Shown here one piece after another: positions 50,506 to 60,102 of a stretch of DNA of 64,000 nt. Numbering within the stretch: position 1 is the stretch's first letter; each line of letters starts with the position of its first letter. Position numbers and translations under genes: made by a program. Below the pieces are notes generated by a model, which was not told the DNA's origin, made no database searches, and saw nothing but the letters and a program-made list of their open reading frames with translations. The stretch covers positions 22,633-86,632 of the forward strand of contig JBMHCE010000001.1 in assembly GCA_049890075.1 (NCBI GenBank). The letters are read 5' to 3'. Origin of the DNA: Chitinophagales bacterium. GTDB lineage: Bacteria > Bacteroidota > Bacteroidia > Chitinophagales > UBA8649.

Positions 50506-52363
50506 ACGGTATGGTAACCATTTATTACTGATTGCAAGTTTAATATGTTGCAGTACGTTGCATGGCCAACGAGAAGAAGGCTTAGAAACGGATAGCTTCT
50601 ACTATGGCTCGGCGCCTTGGAAGGTGCTTTCCATCGACACGTCATTATCGAGCATTTACAACTTTGACTTTGCGTCGGCTTTTAATAGCTTCTTCGTTGA
50701 TTTGGGCAATACAGGAAGTCCACTTCAGAACATGACGATGCAACATCAGCCTCCTATACACAACCTTGAATGGCAAAGTCATGCTCATGGCCTATCCCCC
50801 TATCGGATGCCACTAGATTCTATTCAGTGGTATAAAACAAAAAAACCCTTTTCTCAAATTGCCTATGCGATAGGAGCTGAGCGTCAAAATGTATTCAGTG
50901 CACAACACAGCCAACGGGTTAACCAAGGCTTGGACTATGGACTTTCCTTTTACCGTATGTCATCCATAGGATATTACCCTGAGGAAGAAACACGCAATGC
51001 GGCCTTTTCGCTATATAATCGCTGGGCCTCCAATAGTGGCCGCTATTCCGGAAATCTCACGATGAACTTCCATCGACTTCGTAGAAAGGCGAATGGAGGA
51101 ATACAAGAGGATTTTATTGGAAATGATAGCCTAAGATTAAGTTCACCAAGCCTCTACACTCCTGTCCTAGATGGTGCGATTCAAAGTGATCGAGGATTTA
51201 ATGTCTGTCTAGAAAGTCATCTAAACTTTGGGTTTGAAACCTTCCGACAAGTAAATGATTCGCTTCAGGTCTCTGCGTTTCAAGTACAAAGCCTCTTTGG
51301 GCATAAGCTCGCTTTTTCTACCTGGTCTAATCGTTTTGACGATCCGCAGAGTGGCGATGATTCTCTATTCTATGCATCGTATGCATGGCTTGATGCAGAT
51401 ACTTTTCGCTTTAGCTATCAATCCAAAGTACTGGAGAACAGTTTGTTTTGGCGTCGTCATCTGACCCATAGAGGCATGTTGGAATTTGAAGCAGGTCACC
51501 GTTATATTCCATGGAGTCTTCAAGGTGTTGACCAGCAGTTTCATGAGAGCTTTACGCAAATCCGATACATTCTTCAAAAAAACCAATGGTTATGGGAGAA
51601 CAAGGCACATTTGATTTTTTCTGGCTATCAGAGAGGTAGCCAGCACCTTGTGTCAGCACTCCATCATGAAACGTCGTTGGGCTTTGTACATATTGAGGCA
51701 TCTTTTCTTCGTAATGTCATGAATCCCGTTGATCGCCTTGCGGACCCTACGTACACTGGAGGTTTCCAAGTGAATTCGCGGCCCATGACCTTTGAGGGTA
51801 GATTAACCTATGGTCTTGGTAAGAACTTAGTCCTTTCCGGTCATTATATTCTTGATCGGAATCCGGTTTTGGTAGATAGCAATAGGCTTACCTTTCAGTT
51901 TAATGGATCAGTCCACCGTCTTGCTGGAAGCCTTTCCTACAGTCTAAGTGCATTGAACGGTTGGTTAAATTGGGATGCTTTAATGGGTGCACAGATGACG
52001 TCGGAAGATGTATATGTTATGCCAACGTTTTATACCCGCCACAGAATCTATGCGCAACAAACGCTTTTTCAATCAAGGCTTATATTAAATCTAGGCGCTC
52101 AGGTAACTTGGAACACAGCCTTTCCCCGTATGACCTATGACCCTTATCTATCCCGTTTTGGGTTACCAGTAGATAGGGAAGCAAGTGCCATGCCCCCAAG
52201 ACTTGAAGCCTTTCTTGGAATCAAAGTCAGCCACATGAGGGTTTTTGTAAGAGCACAATACCTCAATCAGTACTTAGGGCCTACAGGATACTATGGGATT
52301 GCTCAATATCCTGCACGACCACGAAACTACACGGGAGGACTTGTTTGGCGGTTCTTTGAGTAA
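50492..52363 (+). CDS. putative porin-family outer-membrane protein
   Basis: Signal peptide, a long alternating beta-strand-like pattern, and a C-terminus ...GGLVWRFFE. The family assignment is tentative. Confidence 0.4.
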   Translation: MLMVKRYGNHLLLIASLICCSTLHGQREEGLETDSFYYGSAPWKVLSIDTSLSSIYNFDFASAFNSFFVDLGNTGSPLQNMTMQHQPPIHNLEWQSHAHGLSPYRMPLDSIQWYKTKKPFSQIAYAIGAERQNVFSAQHSQRVNQGLDYGLSFYRMSSIGYYPEEETRNAAFSLYNRWASNSGRYSGNLTMNFHRLRRKANGGIQEDFIGNDSLRLSSPSLYTPVLDGAIQSDRGFNVCLESHLNFGFETFRQVNDSLQVSAFQVQSLFGHKLAFSTWSNRFDDPQSGDDSLFYASYAWLDADTFRFSYQSKVLENSLFWRRHLTHRGMLEFEAGHRYIPWSLQGVDQQFHESFTQIRYILQKNQWLWENKAHLIFSGYQRGSQHLVSALHHETSLGFVHIEASFLRNVMNPVDRLADPTYTGGFQVNSRPMTFEGRLTYGLGKNLVLSGHYILDRNPVLVDSNRLTFQFNGSVHRLAGSLSYSLSALNGWLNWDALMGAQMTSEDVYVMPTFYTRHRIYAQQTLFQSRLILNLGAQVTWNTAFPRMTYDPYLSRFGLPVDREASAMPPRLEAFLGIKVSHMRVFVRAQYLNQYLGPTGYYGIAQYPARPRNYTGGLVWRFFE

Positions 52364-52388
52364 ATCTGCATTTTCTCGTAATCGTCAA

Positions 52389-53672
52389 TTACGTCTTCTG
52401 CTCTTTTTTCTCGGCAGCAGGAAAGAGCACATTGTTAAGAATTAGACGATAACCTGGAGAATTGGGATGATTTTTTAACTCAGTTACAGGATCGCCTACA
52501 TAGTGTCGGTAGTCTTCCGGATCATGCCCGCCATACCATGACCACATCCCTAAGCCAAACTTGCCATGAATATACCGGGCTTCTCCAAAGGCATCGTTTT
52601 CTGCAAGAATGGTCACATTCGATTTTAGTCGAGATTTCCGAAAGGCTGTGGTCTGTCCCATAAATCCTTTAACTATACGCGTATGGCATTGGGTTAGCAT
52701 GGTCGGAATTGGATCCCATTTGGCTGAAAAATTAAAGAGTGAAAAATAATCAACCTCTTGAGGCACTTGGCGTTGGAAGTTAGCATCTATATCAGAGTAC
52801 TCGTACTCCATAGGGTTCGTGCGAAGATTAAAATCTTTAAAGGCTAGTGTCTTGGAAAAATCAAGTTGGTTTTGAGCGTTGGGAGCCATGGGGTCGCCAT
52901 CAAACATGGATTCACAGATATCGGTGTTTTGCGCGGCTAAGGCAATGTCATAACTATCGGTTGCCGAGCACATAGCAAACATATATCCTCCTCCGGCCAT
53001 AAAGGCAGAAATCTTTTTGACTACGGCGAGCTTAAGCTGAGACACTTTTCCGTGCCCATGGTTATGGGCTGAGGCTTCCATTTCAGCGACCTCTTCTTTG
53101 TACCAGGCCTGATTTCTGTAGGATGCATAAAATCGACCATACTGTCCTGTAAAGTCTTCGTGATGAAGATGCAGCCAATCATAAAGTAGTAATCGCTCAT
53201 CTAAAATCTCATCGTCATACAGTACGTCATAGGGGATCTCGGCGTATGTGAGGACGAGTGTAACGGCATCATCCCAGGGTTTTTTTGATTTGGGTGAATA
53301 CACAGCTACTCTCGGAGCCTTTTCAAGTTTGACTTTTTCTGCATTAACAGAAGGGCTAGCGATTTCTCGCAGGATGTTATCATAACTAGCTGTTGAGACC
53401 ACTTCGAAATCAACTCCACGAATACGGCATTCAAGTTGTAAGGATTGATTGTCAGGAAAAGCAAAGCTTCCTCCACGATAGTTTAGCAGCCAATCTCCTG
53501 TATATCCTTGTGCTAACGCCCAGTACGTTATACCATAAGCTTTTAGGTGATCATTTTGGTCTTCATCCATTGGAATAAGCAAGGTTGCTCCTTGGATCTG
53601 AACAGCGAGAAGCACAAATATTCCAGCTATTTTCAAAAATCTAGGCACCATAGGAAAAGATTGTCTTTGCAT
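52389..53672 (-). CDS. conserved hypothetical exported protein (possibly class-I glutamine-amidotransferase-like fold)
   Basis: Signal peptide. RVAVYSP...PWDDAVTLVL...LLYDWLHLHHEDF and a FAMCSATD nucleophile-elbow-like segment. The fold call is inference only. Confidence 0.35.
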   Translation of the reverse strand: MQRQSFPMVPRFLKIAGIFVLLAVQIQGATLLIPMDEDQNDHLKAYGITYWALAQGYTGDWLLNYRGGSFAFPDNQSLQLECRIRGVDFEVVSTASYDNILREIASPSVNAEKVKLEKAPRVAVYSPKSKKPWDDAVTLVLTYAEIPYDVLYDDEILDERLLLYDWLHLHHEDFTGQYGRFYASYRNQAWYKEEVAEMEASAHNHGHGKVSQLKLAVVKKISAFMAGGGYMFAMCSATDSYDIALAAQNTDICESMFDGDPMAPNAQNQLDFSKTLAFKDFNLRTNPMEYEYSDIDANFQRQVPQEVDYFSLFNFSAKWDPIPTMLTQCHTRIVKGFMGQTTAFRKSRLKSNVTILAENDAFGEARYIHGKFGLGMWSWYGGHDPEDYRHYVGDPVTELKNHPNSPGYRLILNNVLFPAAEKKEQKT

Positions 53673-53749
53673 ACTATAAATCTAACGAAGAAGAGAGAAA
53701 TATATTTAGGCTTTATAGCCTGCGTTAGATGTAATCATCTAGCCGAAAT

Positions 53750-53783
53750 AAAAAAAGCAACTTTATAAATAAAGCTGCTTTTT
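53750..53783 (-). terminator. Rho-independent terminator downstream of the LuxR-type gene
   Basis: The minus-strand RNA reads GCAGCUUUA-UUUA-UAAAGUUGC, a 9-bp stem including one G-U pair, followed by UUUUUU. The same position on the plus strand gives an A-C mismatch. Confidence 0.6.
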
Positions 53784-53890
53784 AAAGAGTTGTTGGTTAG
53801 TTAAGGGTAAAATTATGGTTTGTTTAATCTTTTGAACAAAGCGTTAAACACTATCAACTCGGTAATGAATTTATAGTAGGCATTTTGTTC

Positions 53891-53918
53891 GTACAATACG
53901 CCAATTGGCGTATATCAT
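53891..53918. repeat. copy A of a ~28-bp palindrome-containing repeat (core ATACGCCAATTGGCGTAT)
   Basis: Perfect 18-bp palindrome at 53896..53913 with flanks ACA...ATC. Lies 10 nt downstream of the LuxR-type gene stop. Confidence 0.7.
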
Positions 53919-53922
53919 GGTT

Positions 53923-54705
53923 CTAATCGAAAAATGTAGCGAATTTGACACAATCGTTAAAGCGCTTGATACCTAATTTCTTCCAGATTCTGTTTCGGTG
54001 CGTTCGAATGGTATTCACTGACACAAACATTTTATCGGCAATCTCTTGATTGGAATGCCCTTTTACAATGTAACGCAGTGCTTCCTTTTCCCTTGCAGTC
54101 AGCATAGAAAACTTCATATAGTTTTCCCGGGCAAAATCATTCTCACTGAGCACTTTTTCAAGATAGGTAAGGGTATTGGTCAGTTGATTAGCCTCGACTT
54201 TAAATTCGATGAGTGCTTTTCCTTCTTTATCTAGTCCCTTGTATGTTATACTTATCTCTTCTTGAATATTTCGTGGTGTATTGCTCCAGTCAACTTTTTG
54301 GTCTAACCATGCTCGCGCTTCCTGTTCCGTAGCAAAATGTTTAGGTTTTAAGGGTGCATCAGGATCTTCACTAAATAGTTTTAATACATCCAAATGCGTT
54401 TTCACAAACTGGCCAATTACAAACGCCATTTTATGGTGGCCATCGGGAAAGGTGTCAAGAATCTTAGAAACCGCGCGCATTCCTTCCTGAAGCCATATTC
54501 TGTTATCGGGATCTACTTCGAAGTTAAAGTCCTGTTGTAACCAAAGGATTTGTGATGGTTTAACTTTTAACACCATCTCAACGTATGACTGCATCTCCTT
54601 TTTAAAGGCAGCACTGCTTGGTGGCGATGCAGCCCAGTGGTTGACTAGCCGGTCTGCCTGAGCTTCGTAAAAGGTGGTTATATATGTTCCTCTAAAGAAT
54701 TCCAC
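53923..54705 (-). CDS. LuxR/GerE-family transcriptional regulator with ~190-aa N-terminal STAS/SpoIIAA-like domain
   Basis: C-terminal HTH LTAREKEALRYIVKGHSNQEIADKMFVSVNTIRTHRNRIWKKLG. The N-terminal domain call (ends ...FATEQEARAWL) is inference. Confidence 0.8.
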   Translation of the reverse strand: MEFFRGTYITTFYEAQADRLVNHWAASPPSSAAFKKEMQSYVEMVLKVKPSQILWLQQDFNFEVDPDNRIWLQEGMRAVSKILDTFPDGHHKMAFVIGQFVKTHLDVLKLFSEDPDAPLKPKHFATEQEARAWLDQKVDWSNTPRNIQEEISITYKGLDKEGKALIEFKVEANQLTNTLTYLEKVLSENDFARENYMKFSMLTAREKEALRYIVKGHSNQEIADKMFVSVNTIRTHRNRIWKKLGIKRFNDCVKFATFFD

Positions 54706-54790
54706 TTAATAGTAACATCTTTTAAAGCAAGATGGTTTCTTGCCTTTGGTTTGTGTTGGTTATTACGAATCTAAAGGTGGCAAAAAAGGG

Positions 54791-54818
54791 GAACAATACG
54801 CTTAATGGCGTATATCTG
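54791..54818. repeat. copy B of the same repeat (core ATACGCTTAATGGCGTAT)
   Basis: Shares ACAATACGC..AAT.GGCGTATATC with copy A in the same orientation. Lies ~90 nt upstream of the LuxR-type start and ~25 nt downstream of the glmS stop. Confidence 0.7.
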
Positions 54819-54837
54819 AGATTTTTTAGGATTGGAA

Positions 54838-56679
54838 CTACTCTACAGTAACACTCTTTGCCAAATTTCTAGGCTGATCCACATTACATTCCCGCAATAC
54901 CGCAATATGGTAACTCAGCAGTTGGAGTGGAATGGTATTGAGCAGAGGACTCAAGCATTCCAAAGTCTCGGGTACTCGAATGATATGATCTACAGATGCC
55001 TCAAGGTGCGGATCTTGGTGGCTTGCAAGGGCAATAATTTTTCCTTTACGCGCCTTTACTTCTTGAACATTGCTCACCACTTTCTCATAATTTGCTCCTT
55101 TTGTCGCGACAAAGACAACTGGCATTTCCTCATCAATAAGGGCAATTGGCCCGTGCTTCATTTCAGCAGCTGGATACCCTTCGGCATGTATGTAGCTGAT
55201 CTCCTTGAGCTTTAAGGCGCCTTCAAGGGCCACAGGGAAGTTGTATCCTCTTCCGAGGTAAAGGAAGTTTTTAGCGTTGTGGTATTCTTGAGCAATTTCT
55301 TGTATCTGGGCATCAAGTTTTAGGCATTCCTCAATTTTTGATGGGATTGCCTCTAATGCATTTAAAACTTCGCGAACCTCATCTTGATTCATTTGATCTC
55401 TCAAGTTGGCAAGAGCTAGTGCCATAAGAGTAAGAACGGTTACTTGAGCAGTAAAAGCTTTAGTTGAGGCTACTCCTATTTCTGGTCCCGCGTGAGTATA
55501 CGCTCCGGCATGACTCATACGGGGTATACTACTGCCGACAACATTACAAATCCCAAATACGGTAGCGCCCTTGTTTTTCGCTAGTTCCATGGCAGCTAGA
55601 GTGTCTGCGGTCTCACCACTTTGTGAGATGGCTAGCACTAAATCATCGGAATAAATCACAGGGTTTCGGTATCTAAATTCCGAGGCATACTCTACTTCAA
55701 CTGGGATACGCGCAAGATCCTCAAAGAGATACTCAGCTACTAAACCAGCATGCCAACTTGTTCCGCAGCCTACGATGATAAGTCGATTTATGCCCTCGAG
55801 TTTATCTTTATATTCTTTGATGCTCCGCATCATAAACTCACCATTCTCTGCATCAAAACGGCCTCTAAAAGAATCGAAAATGGATTTGGGCTGTTCAAAG
55901 ATCTCTTTCAGCATAAAATGCTCAAAACCTCCCTTCTCAAGTTGTTCTAACTCCATTTTAAGCTCCTGGATATAGGGTGTTTGAACCACATTATCCACGG
56001 TGGTAATCACAAGCTCTTCTCGATTGACTTCAGCAACCTCACCATCGTTGAGGTAGATTACTCGGTTAGTGTATTCTACAATAGGAGTGGCATCTGAGGC
56101 AAAAATGAATTCACCGCGCTCCTTACCAATGCCAACAACTAATGGAGACCCTTTTCTCGCGGCAACGATGGATTCTGGATTCTCCTTTGAGATTACCACA
56201 ATGGCGTAGGCTCCAATAACTTCAGCGAGTGCTGCCCGAACGGCATCAGCAAAGTCTAGTCTGCCGTGATCAGCAATGTCTTCTATGAGGGTTACCAGAA
56301 CTTCCGTATCGGTTTCACTTTTGAAGGAATATCCTCTCTGAGAAAGTCTATCGCGCAGTGTGCTGAAGTTCTCAATAATCCCGTTGTGTACAAGGGTAAA
56401 CTTGCCATTGTGAGAAGTATGAGGATGGGCATTAACTTGATTGGGTTCACCGTGGGTTGCCCAGCGCGTATGACCGATACCTAGATGACCGGATACATCA
56501 GTTTTTGCGCAGAGCGCCTCAAGTTCAGCGACTTTCCCCTTTTCCTTAACGGTTAGAATTTTGTCTTTAAAGATGGCCACTCCAGCGCTGTCATAGCCTC
56601 TATATTCAAGACGTTTTAATCCATTGATGACGACGGGATAGGCTTGGTTCGGCCCGATGTATGCCACAATTCCACACAT
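54838..56679 (-). CDS. glmS: glutamine--fructose-6-phosphate aminotransferase (isomerising)
   Basis: MCGIVAYIG N-terminal nucleophile, two SIS domains, and a C-terminal ...LAKSVTVE. Confidence 0.97.
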   Translation of the reverse strand: MCGIVAYIGPNQAYPVVINGLKRLEYRGYDSAGVAIFKDKILTVKEKGKVAELEALCAKTDVSGHLGIGHTRWATHGEPNQVNAHPHTSHNGKFTLVHNGIIENFSTLRDRLSQRGYSFKSETDTEVLVTLIEDIADHGRLDFADAVRAALAEVIGAYAIVVISKENPESIVAARKGSPLVVGIGKERGEFIFASDATPIVEYTNRVIYLNDGEVAEVNREELVITTVDNVVQTPYIQELKMELEQLEKGGFEHFMLKEIFEQPKSIFDSFRGRFDAENGEFMMRSIKEYKDKLEGINRLIIVGCGTSWHAGLVAEYLFEDLARIPVEVEYASEFRYRNPVIYSDDLVLAISQSGETADTLAAMELAKNKGATVFGICNVVGSSIPRMSHAGAYTHAGPEIGVASTKAFTAQVTVLTLMALALANLRDQMNQDEVREVLNALEAIPSKIEECLKLDAQIQEIAQEYHNAKNFLYLGRGYNFPVALEGALKLKEISYIHAEGYPAAEMKHGPIALIDEEMPVVFVATKGANYEKVVSNVQEVKARKGKIIALASHQDPHLEASVDHIIRVPETLECLSPLLNTIPLQLLSYHIAVLRECNVDQPRNLAKSVTVE

Positions 56680-56680
56680 A

Positions 56681-58015
56681 CTACTCAGTTTCGGTATAAA
56701 TTACACGAATTTTTATTGGCTGAGAAGCATTGTTTCCACCACCGAGAGCGATTTGTCCTGGAAGGTGATTGCTTAAGGTAGTAAGCACGAGACCTACGCT
56801 GTATGTAGAATCTTGAATTTGATTGCGAAGGTAATTGGTGATGTTGAAGGTATAACGATTAAAGGTGATGCCCCCTTCGGATACTTCAACTTTTCTTCCT
56901 CCAAAGGATGTGCTATTCGTAGACGAGTAGTCGGGAAGAAAGAATAAATCGCTTGAGTCTTTCGTGAAGTACAAAAACAAGTTTTCTGGAGGCCCATAAT
57001 CTAGGGCGTCCTGTGCATCTTGTTCTACTTGATTGAATTCAATCTCTGCTTTGTTTATAATTAGATCGGATAGCGTATCCAGTCCTTGTATACTTATGAT
57101 GCTTTGAGCAGTAGAGTATGGTGCTAAATACAATATGCTGTCTGACGAGTTGTTGTCATTTAAGGCGATCTCCACATCACTTCCGCTAGCTACGTTTACG
57201 TAGCGATTTAAGCGAGTATTCAAGCCACCGCCATCAAAAGAAAAATCCAGGGATAATCCTGTTGTGTCATCATTACTGTAATACAATGTCATTTGACTGC
57301 TTGAGTTAAGTAAGTCGACTACAGCAAGACCGTCACCATAGGGAGCGGTAGAGTCTGTTAGGAGATATAATCCCTTGAAGAAATTCCAGAAATTTGAAGT
57401 TCCCGCGAAGGCATCAGTTCCCATATTTGCCACGAAGTTGTCTCCGAAACTAGGGTTAAGGGCAATCCTCAGAAATCCCTGCTTGTAGGCCCCGTCAATC
57501 AAGAAACTGTCGATCAAATTTGGAGTGTACTGCAGCGCTTGGCCAATTGGCGTTGGGCTAGTGGCTAATGACGAAGATGTAGAGTAGGATTCTGTGGAGA
57601 GTATCTCTTCGGATATTTCATAAACATAGAAATCTTGTGGAAGCGTCCACGGCCCATAGAGTTCACTGAGCTTCACATATAAAATACAGGAATCGGCAAA
57701 AGCATTTGTGCCGGGGTCAACATTGTAGGTTTCTGGTAAGAGTTGGCTATAGATGCTGTTACGCTGGCCTCCAAAACGCTGATCAAACATGGAACCAACC
57801 GAAGAAACCCCTATGTTTTTGCCATTGAATGCAGAATCAGGTGTGTTGTTTATTGACTCTATAAAAACTTGACCCTCCTCGGAATCTATGGTTAGTGTAT
57901 TATCTGGATACAGGGGGCTCGTGGGGCCTAGGATAATATCTTTTTCGCATCCTGCAAGAAGTAGCAGGCTTAGTAAAAGACTAAAAAGAGAGATGAACCG
58001 AATAGGTTTAGACAT
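56681..58015 (-). CDS. DUF4270 family lipoprotein
   Basis: Lipobox (LLLAGC) after the internal Met MSKPIRF. Position between the short GT5 gene and glmS is the arrangement I remember for this family in Flavobacteriia. Confidence 0.55.
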   Translation of the reverse strand: MSKPIRFISLFSLLLSLLLLAGCEKDIILGPTSPLYPDNTLTIDSEEGQVFIESINNTPDSAFNGKNIGVSSVGSMFDQRFGGQRNSIYSQLLPETYNVDPGTNAFADSCILYVKLSELYGPWTLPQDFYVYEISEEILSTESYSTSSSLATSPTPIGQALQYTPNLIDSFLIDGAYKQGFLRIALNPSFGDNFVANMGTDAFAGTSNFWNFFKGLYLLTDSTAPYGDGLAVVDLLNSSSQMTLYYSNDDTTGLSLDFSFDGGGLNTRLNRYVNVASGSDVEIALNDNNSSDSILYLAPYSTAQSIISIQGLDTLSDLIINKAEIEFNQVEQDAQDALDYGPPENLFLYFTKDSSDLFFLPDYSSTNSTSFGGRKVEVSEGGITFNRYTFNITNYLRNQIQDSTYSVGLVLTTLSNHLPGQIALGGGNNASQPIKIRVIYTETE

Positions 58016-58823
58016 TTTCTTCCTCTCGAGAAACATAAAATTGCGCAAAGACTTCTTCAGCCTCTTCCGCTTTTTCAATTTCAACTACAGGTTTTTTAGA
58101 ATCTTCTGAAGCTTTTCGGACTGACTCATCAACCCCTTTTGTAAGCGCAATGTGGTCAGCATAAAAAATAGCCCCTTTGTGTAAGTCTTCTTCTGAACCC
58201 GTACCATATGGAGCTAGGTGCTCTTCGGTCAGTGCCGTGTCTTCTAAAAATTGATCAGAAAAGTCTTCTGCAATCGACCCAGCCATTTCATTAGGATACG
58301 CCGTGTACATCAACTGAGCATCTGCAAAAACAGGGTTGTCAGCATATTGCGTCTTCAACAGCGCAGGAATAACACTTGTCATCCAGCCGTGGCATTGAAT
58401 GTACTTCGGAGGCCACCCAAATTTGATAACTGTTTCGAGCGCTCCTTGACAGAAGAAAACCATTCGGTTGAGGTTCTCGTCATGAAAATCGCCGTCTTCA
58501 TCACAGTAGATGTTTCGATCCCAAAACAAATCTTCATTATCAAGGAAATAGACTTGAAGGCGCGCTCCAGGTAAGGCCGCTACCTTGATAATCAATGGAT
58601 AGTCATCCCCATCTACTTCGATATTAATCCCTGACAAACGCACTACTTCGTGCAAACGATGTCTCCGTTCGTTGATGGTTGAAAAGCGGGGCATTAACAC
58701 ACGAATCTCTAATTCTTCGTCATGTAGACGAAGGGGAATCTTGGATACCGTATTAGCAATCTCAGTTATCGCGACGTATGGGTCGAGTTCGTGGGTTATG
58801 ATTAAAAGCCTAGACTTTTCCAT
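58008..58823 (-). CDS. glycogen/starch synthase-like protein, GT5 N-terminal domain only
   Basis: 271 aa with LLIITHELDPY and IQCHGWMTS, resembling the GlgA N-terminal half. There is no C-terminal GT-B half. 8-nt overlap with the DUF4270 gene. Confidence 0.65.
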   Translation of the reverse strand: MEKSRLLIITHELDPYVAITEIANTVSKIPLRLHDEELEIRVLMPRFSTINERRHRLHEVVRLSGINIEVDGDDYPLIIKVAALPGARLQVYFLDNEDLFWDRNIYCDEDGDFHDENLNRMVFFCQGALETVIKFGWPPKYIQCHGWMTSVIPALLKTQYADNPVFADAQLMYTAYPNEMAGSIAEDFSDQFLEDTALTEEHLAPYGTGSEEDLHKGAIFYADHIALTKGVDESVRKASEDSKKPVVEIEKAEEAEEVFAQFYVSREEENV

Positions 58824-58873
58824 GTATTACGTACATTGAATTTGAAAAATGAACCTGAAGGTACGATTTTTAT

Positions 58874-59728
58874 ATGGTAAAGTCAATAAATACAAGGGAT
58901 TATCATGATTGGCGCATGCAGTTTACCCTAGAAAATTCGGGTATTGGCTTCGTACCTACCATGGGTGCTTTACATGAAGGTCATCTTTATCTTGTTCAAC
59001 AAGCTAGGCAGCAATGCAGTCATGTAGTCGTGAGTATTTTTGTCAATCCAAGACAATTTAATGATGCGAATGATCTTAAAAATTACCCCATTCAACTTGA
59101 AGAAGATGTTGCGTTGTTAGCCAACGAAGGTGTTGATGTTGTTCTTGTTCCTTCCGTTGAGGAGATATACCCTGCGGGCGACACAGCTTCTCTTGATATG
59201 TCCTCTTATATCCACTTAGCAAAAGGTTTAGAGGGCGAGCACAGGCCGGGTCATTTTCAAGGAGTAGTGGATGTGGTAAGTCGTTTACTGACCATTGTTA
59301 AGCCTCAAAAACTATACTTAGGTAAAAAGGACTACCAGCAGTTAAGAGTTTTAGAGGCTATGACACGTCGGGAAAAGTTTGTCCTAGATGTTATCGGCAT
59401 ACCTACACAACGGTCCGCTTCGGGGCTAGCGCTAAGTTCTAGAAATGCTTTGCTCAGTAAAGCAGGAATAGCAAGAGCATCTCAAATCTATAAAGCCCTT
59501 CAATGCGCAAAGGAAAGTGCATTATGTGGTGATAGCGCGGAAGTTGCATGTGGTAAAGGAAAGGCTGTTTTGCAATCTGCTGAGGGGGTAAAGGAGGAAT
59601 ACTTTCTTATTGCAAATCGACATACAATGAGTGTGAATGAAGTCGGTAGTCCTAGAGAATGGGTAGTCTTTTGTGCTGCGCATGTCGAAGGAGTGCGCTT
59701 AATTGACAATGTAGAGGTATTTGACTGA
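58874..59728 (+). CDS. panC: pantoate--beta-alanine ligase
   Basis: [21 protein letters not shown], and GKKDYQQ. Confidence 0.9.
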   Translation: MVKSINTRDYHDWRMQFTLENSGIGFVPTMGALHEGHLYLVQQARQQCSHVVVSIFVNPRQFNDANDLKNYPIQLEEDVALLANEGVDVVLVPSVEEIYPAGDTASLDMSSYIHLAKGLEGEHRPGHFQGVVDVVSRLLTIVKPQKLYLGKKDYQQLRVLEAMTRREKFVLDVIGIPTQRSASGLALSSRNALLSKAGIARASQIYKALQCAKESALCGDSAEVACGKGKAVLQSAEGVKEEYFLIANRHTMSVNEVGSPREWVVFCAAHVEGVRLIDNVEVFD

Positions 59729-59751
59729 GCGTTTTCTACCTTTGTGCCATC

Positions 59752-60102
59752 ATGATGTTACAGGTTTTTAAATCAAAGATTCACAGAGCTACAGTTACTC
59801 AAGCAGAATTGCACTATGAAGGCAGCATAACTATTGATAAGGCACTTATCAAAGCAGCGAATATGGTAGTTGGTGAGCGAGTGCAAATTGTCAATGTAAA
59901 CAATGGTGAGCGCTTAGAGACATACATCATTGAAGGGGAGGAAAATTCAGGTGTAATTTGTTTGAATGGTCCAGCAGCTCGACGTGTTTCGGTGGGTGAT
60001 ACGATAATTATCATTTCGTATGCATGGATTAGCCAAGAGGATGTGGCGACATGGGAAACAACAACCGTCCATCCTATAGCCCCTTCAAATTCCTTGGTTT
60101 GA
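59752..60102 (+). CDS. panD: aspartate 1-decarboxylase
   Basis: [10 protein letters not shown], with the self-processing YEGS|ITID site. Confidence 0.93.
   Translation: MMLQVFKSKIHRATVTQAELHYEGSITIDKALIKAANMVVGERVQIVNVNNGERLETYIIEGEENSGVICLNGPAARRVSVGDTIIIISYAWISQEDVATWETTTVHPIAPSNSLV

Noticed and set aside
54832-55215. A 127-aa ORF antisense to the 3' end of glmS.
   Set aside because: It is a shadow ORF inside a highly conserved gene, and its sequence has no recognisable features.
58008-58823. The short GT5 'glycogen synthase' considered as a truncated pseudogene.
   Set aside because: The ORF is intact and ends in a clean overlap with the next gene. I remember the same short form in this neighbourhood in other Flavobacteriia. 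It is kept as a CDS and flagged only as functionally puzzling.
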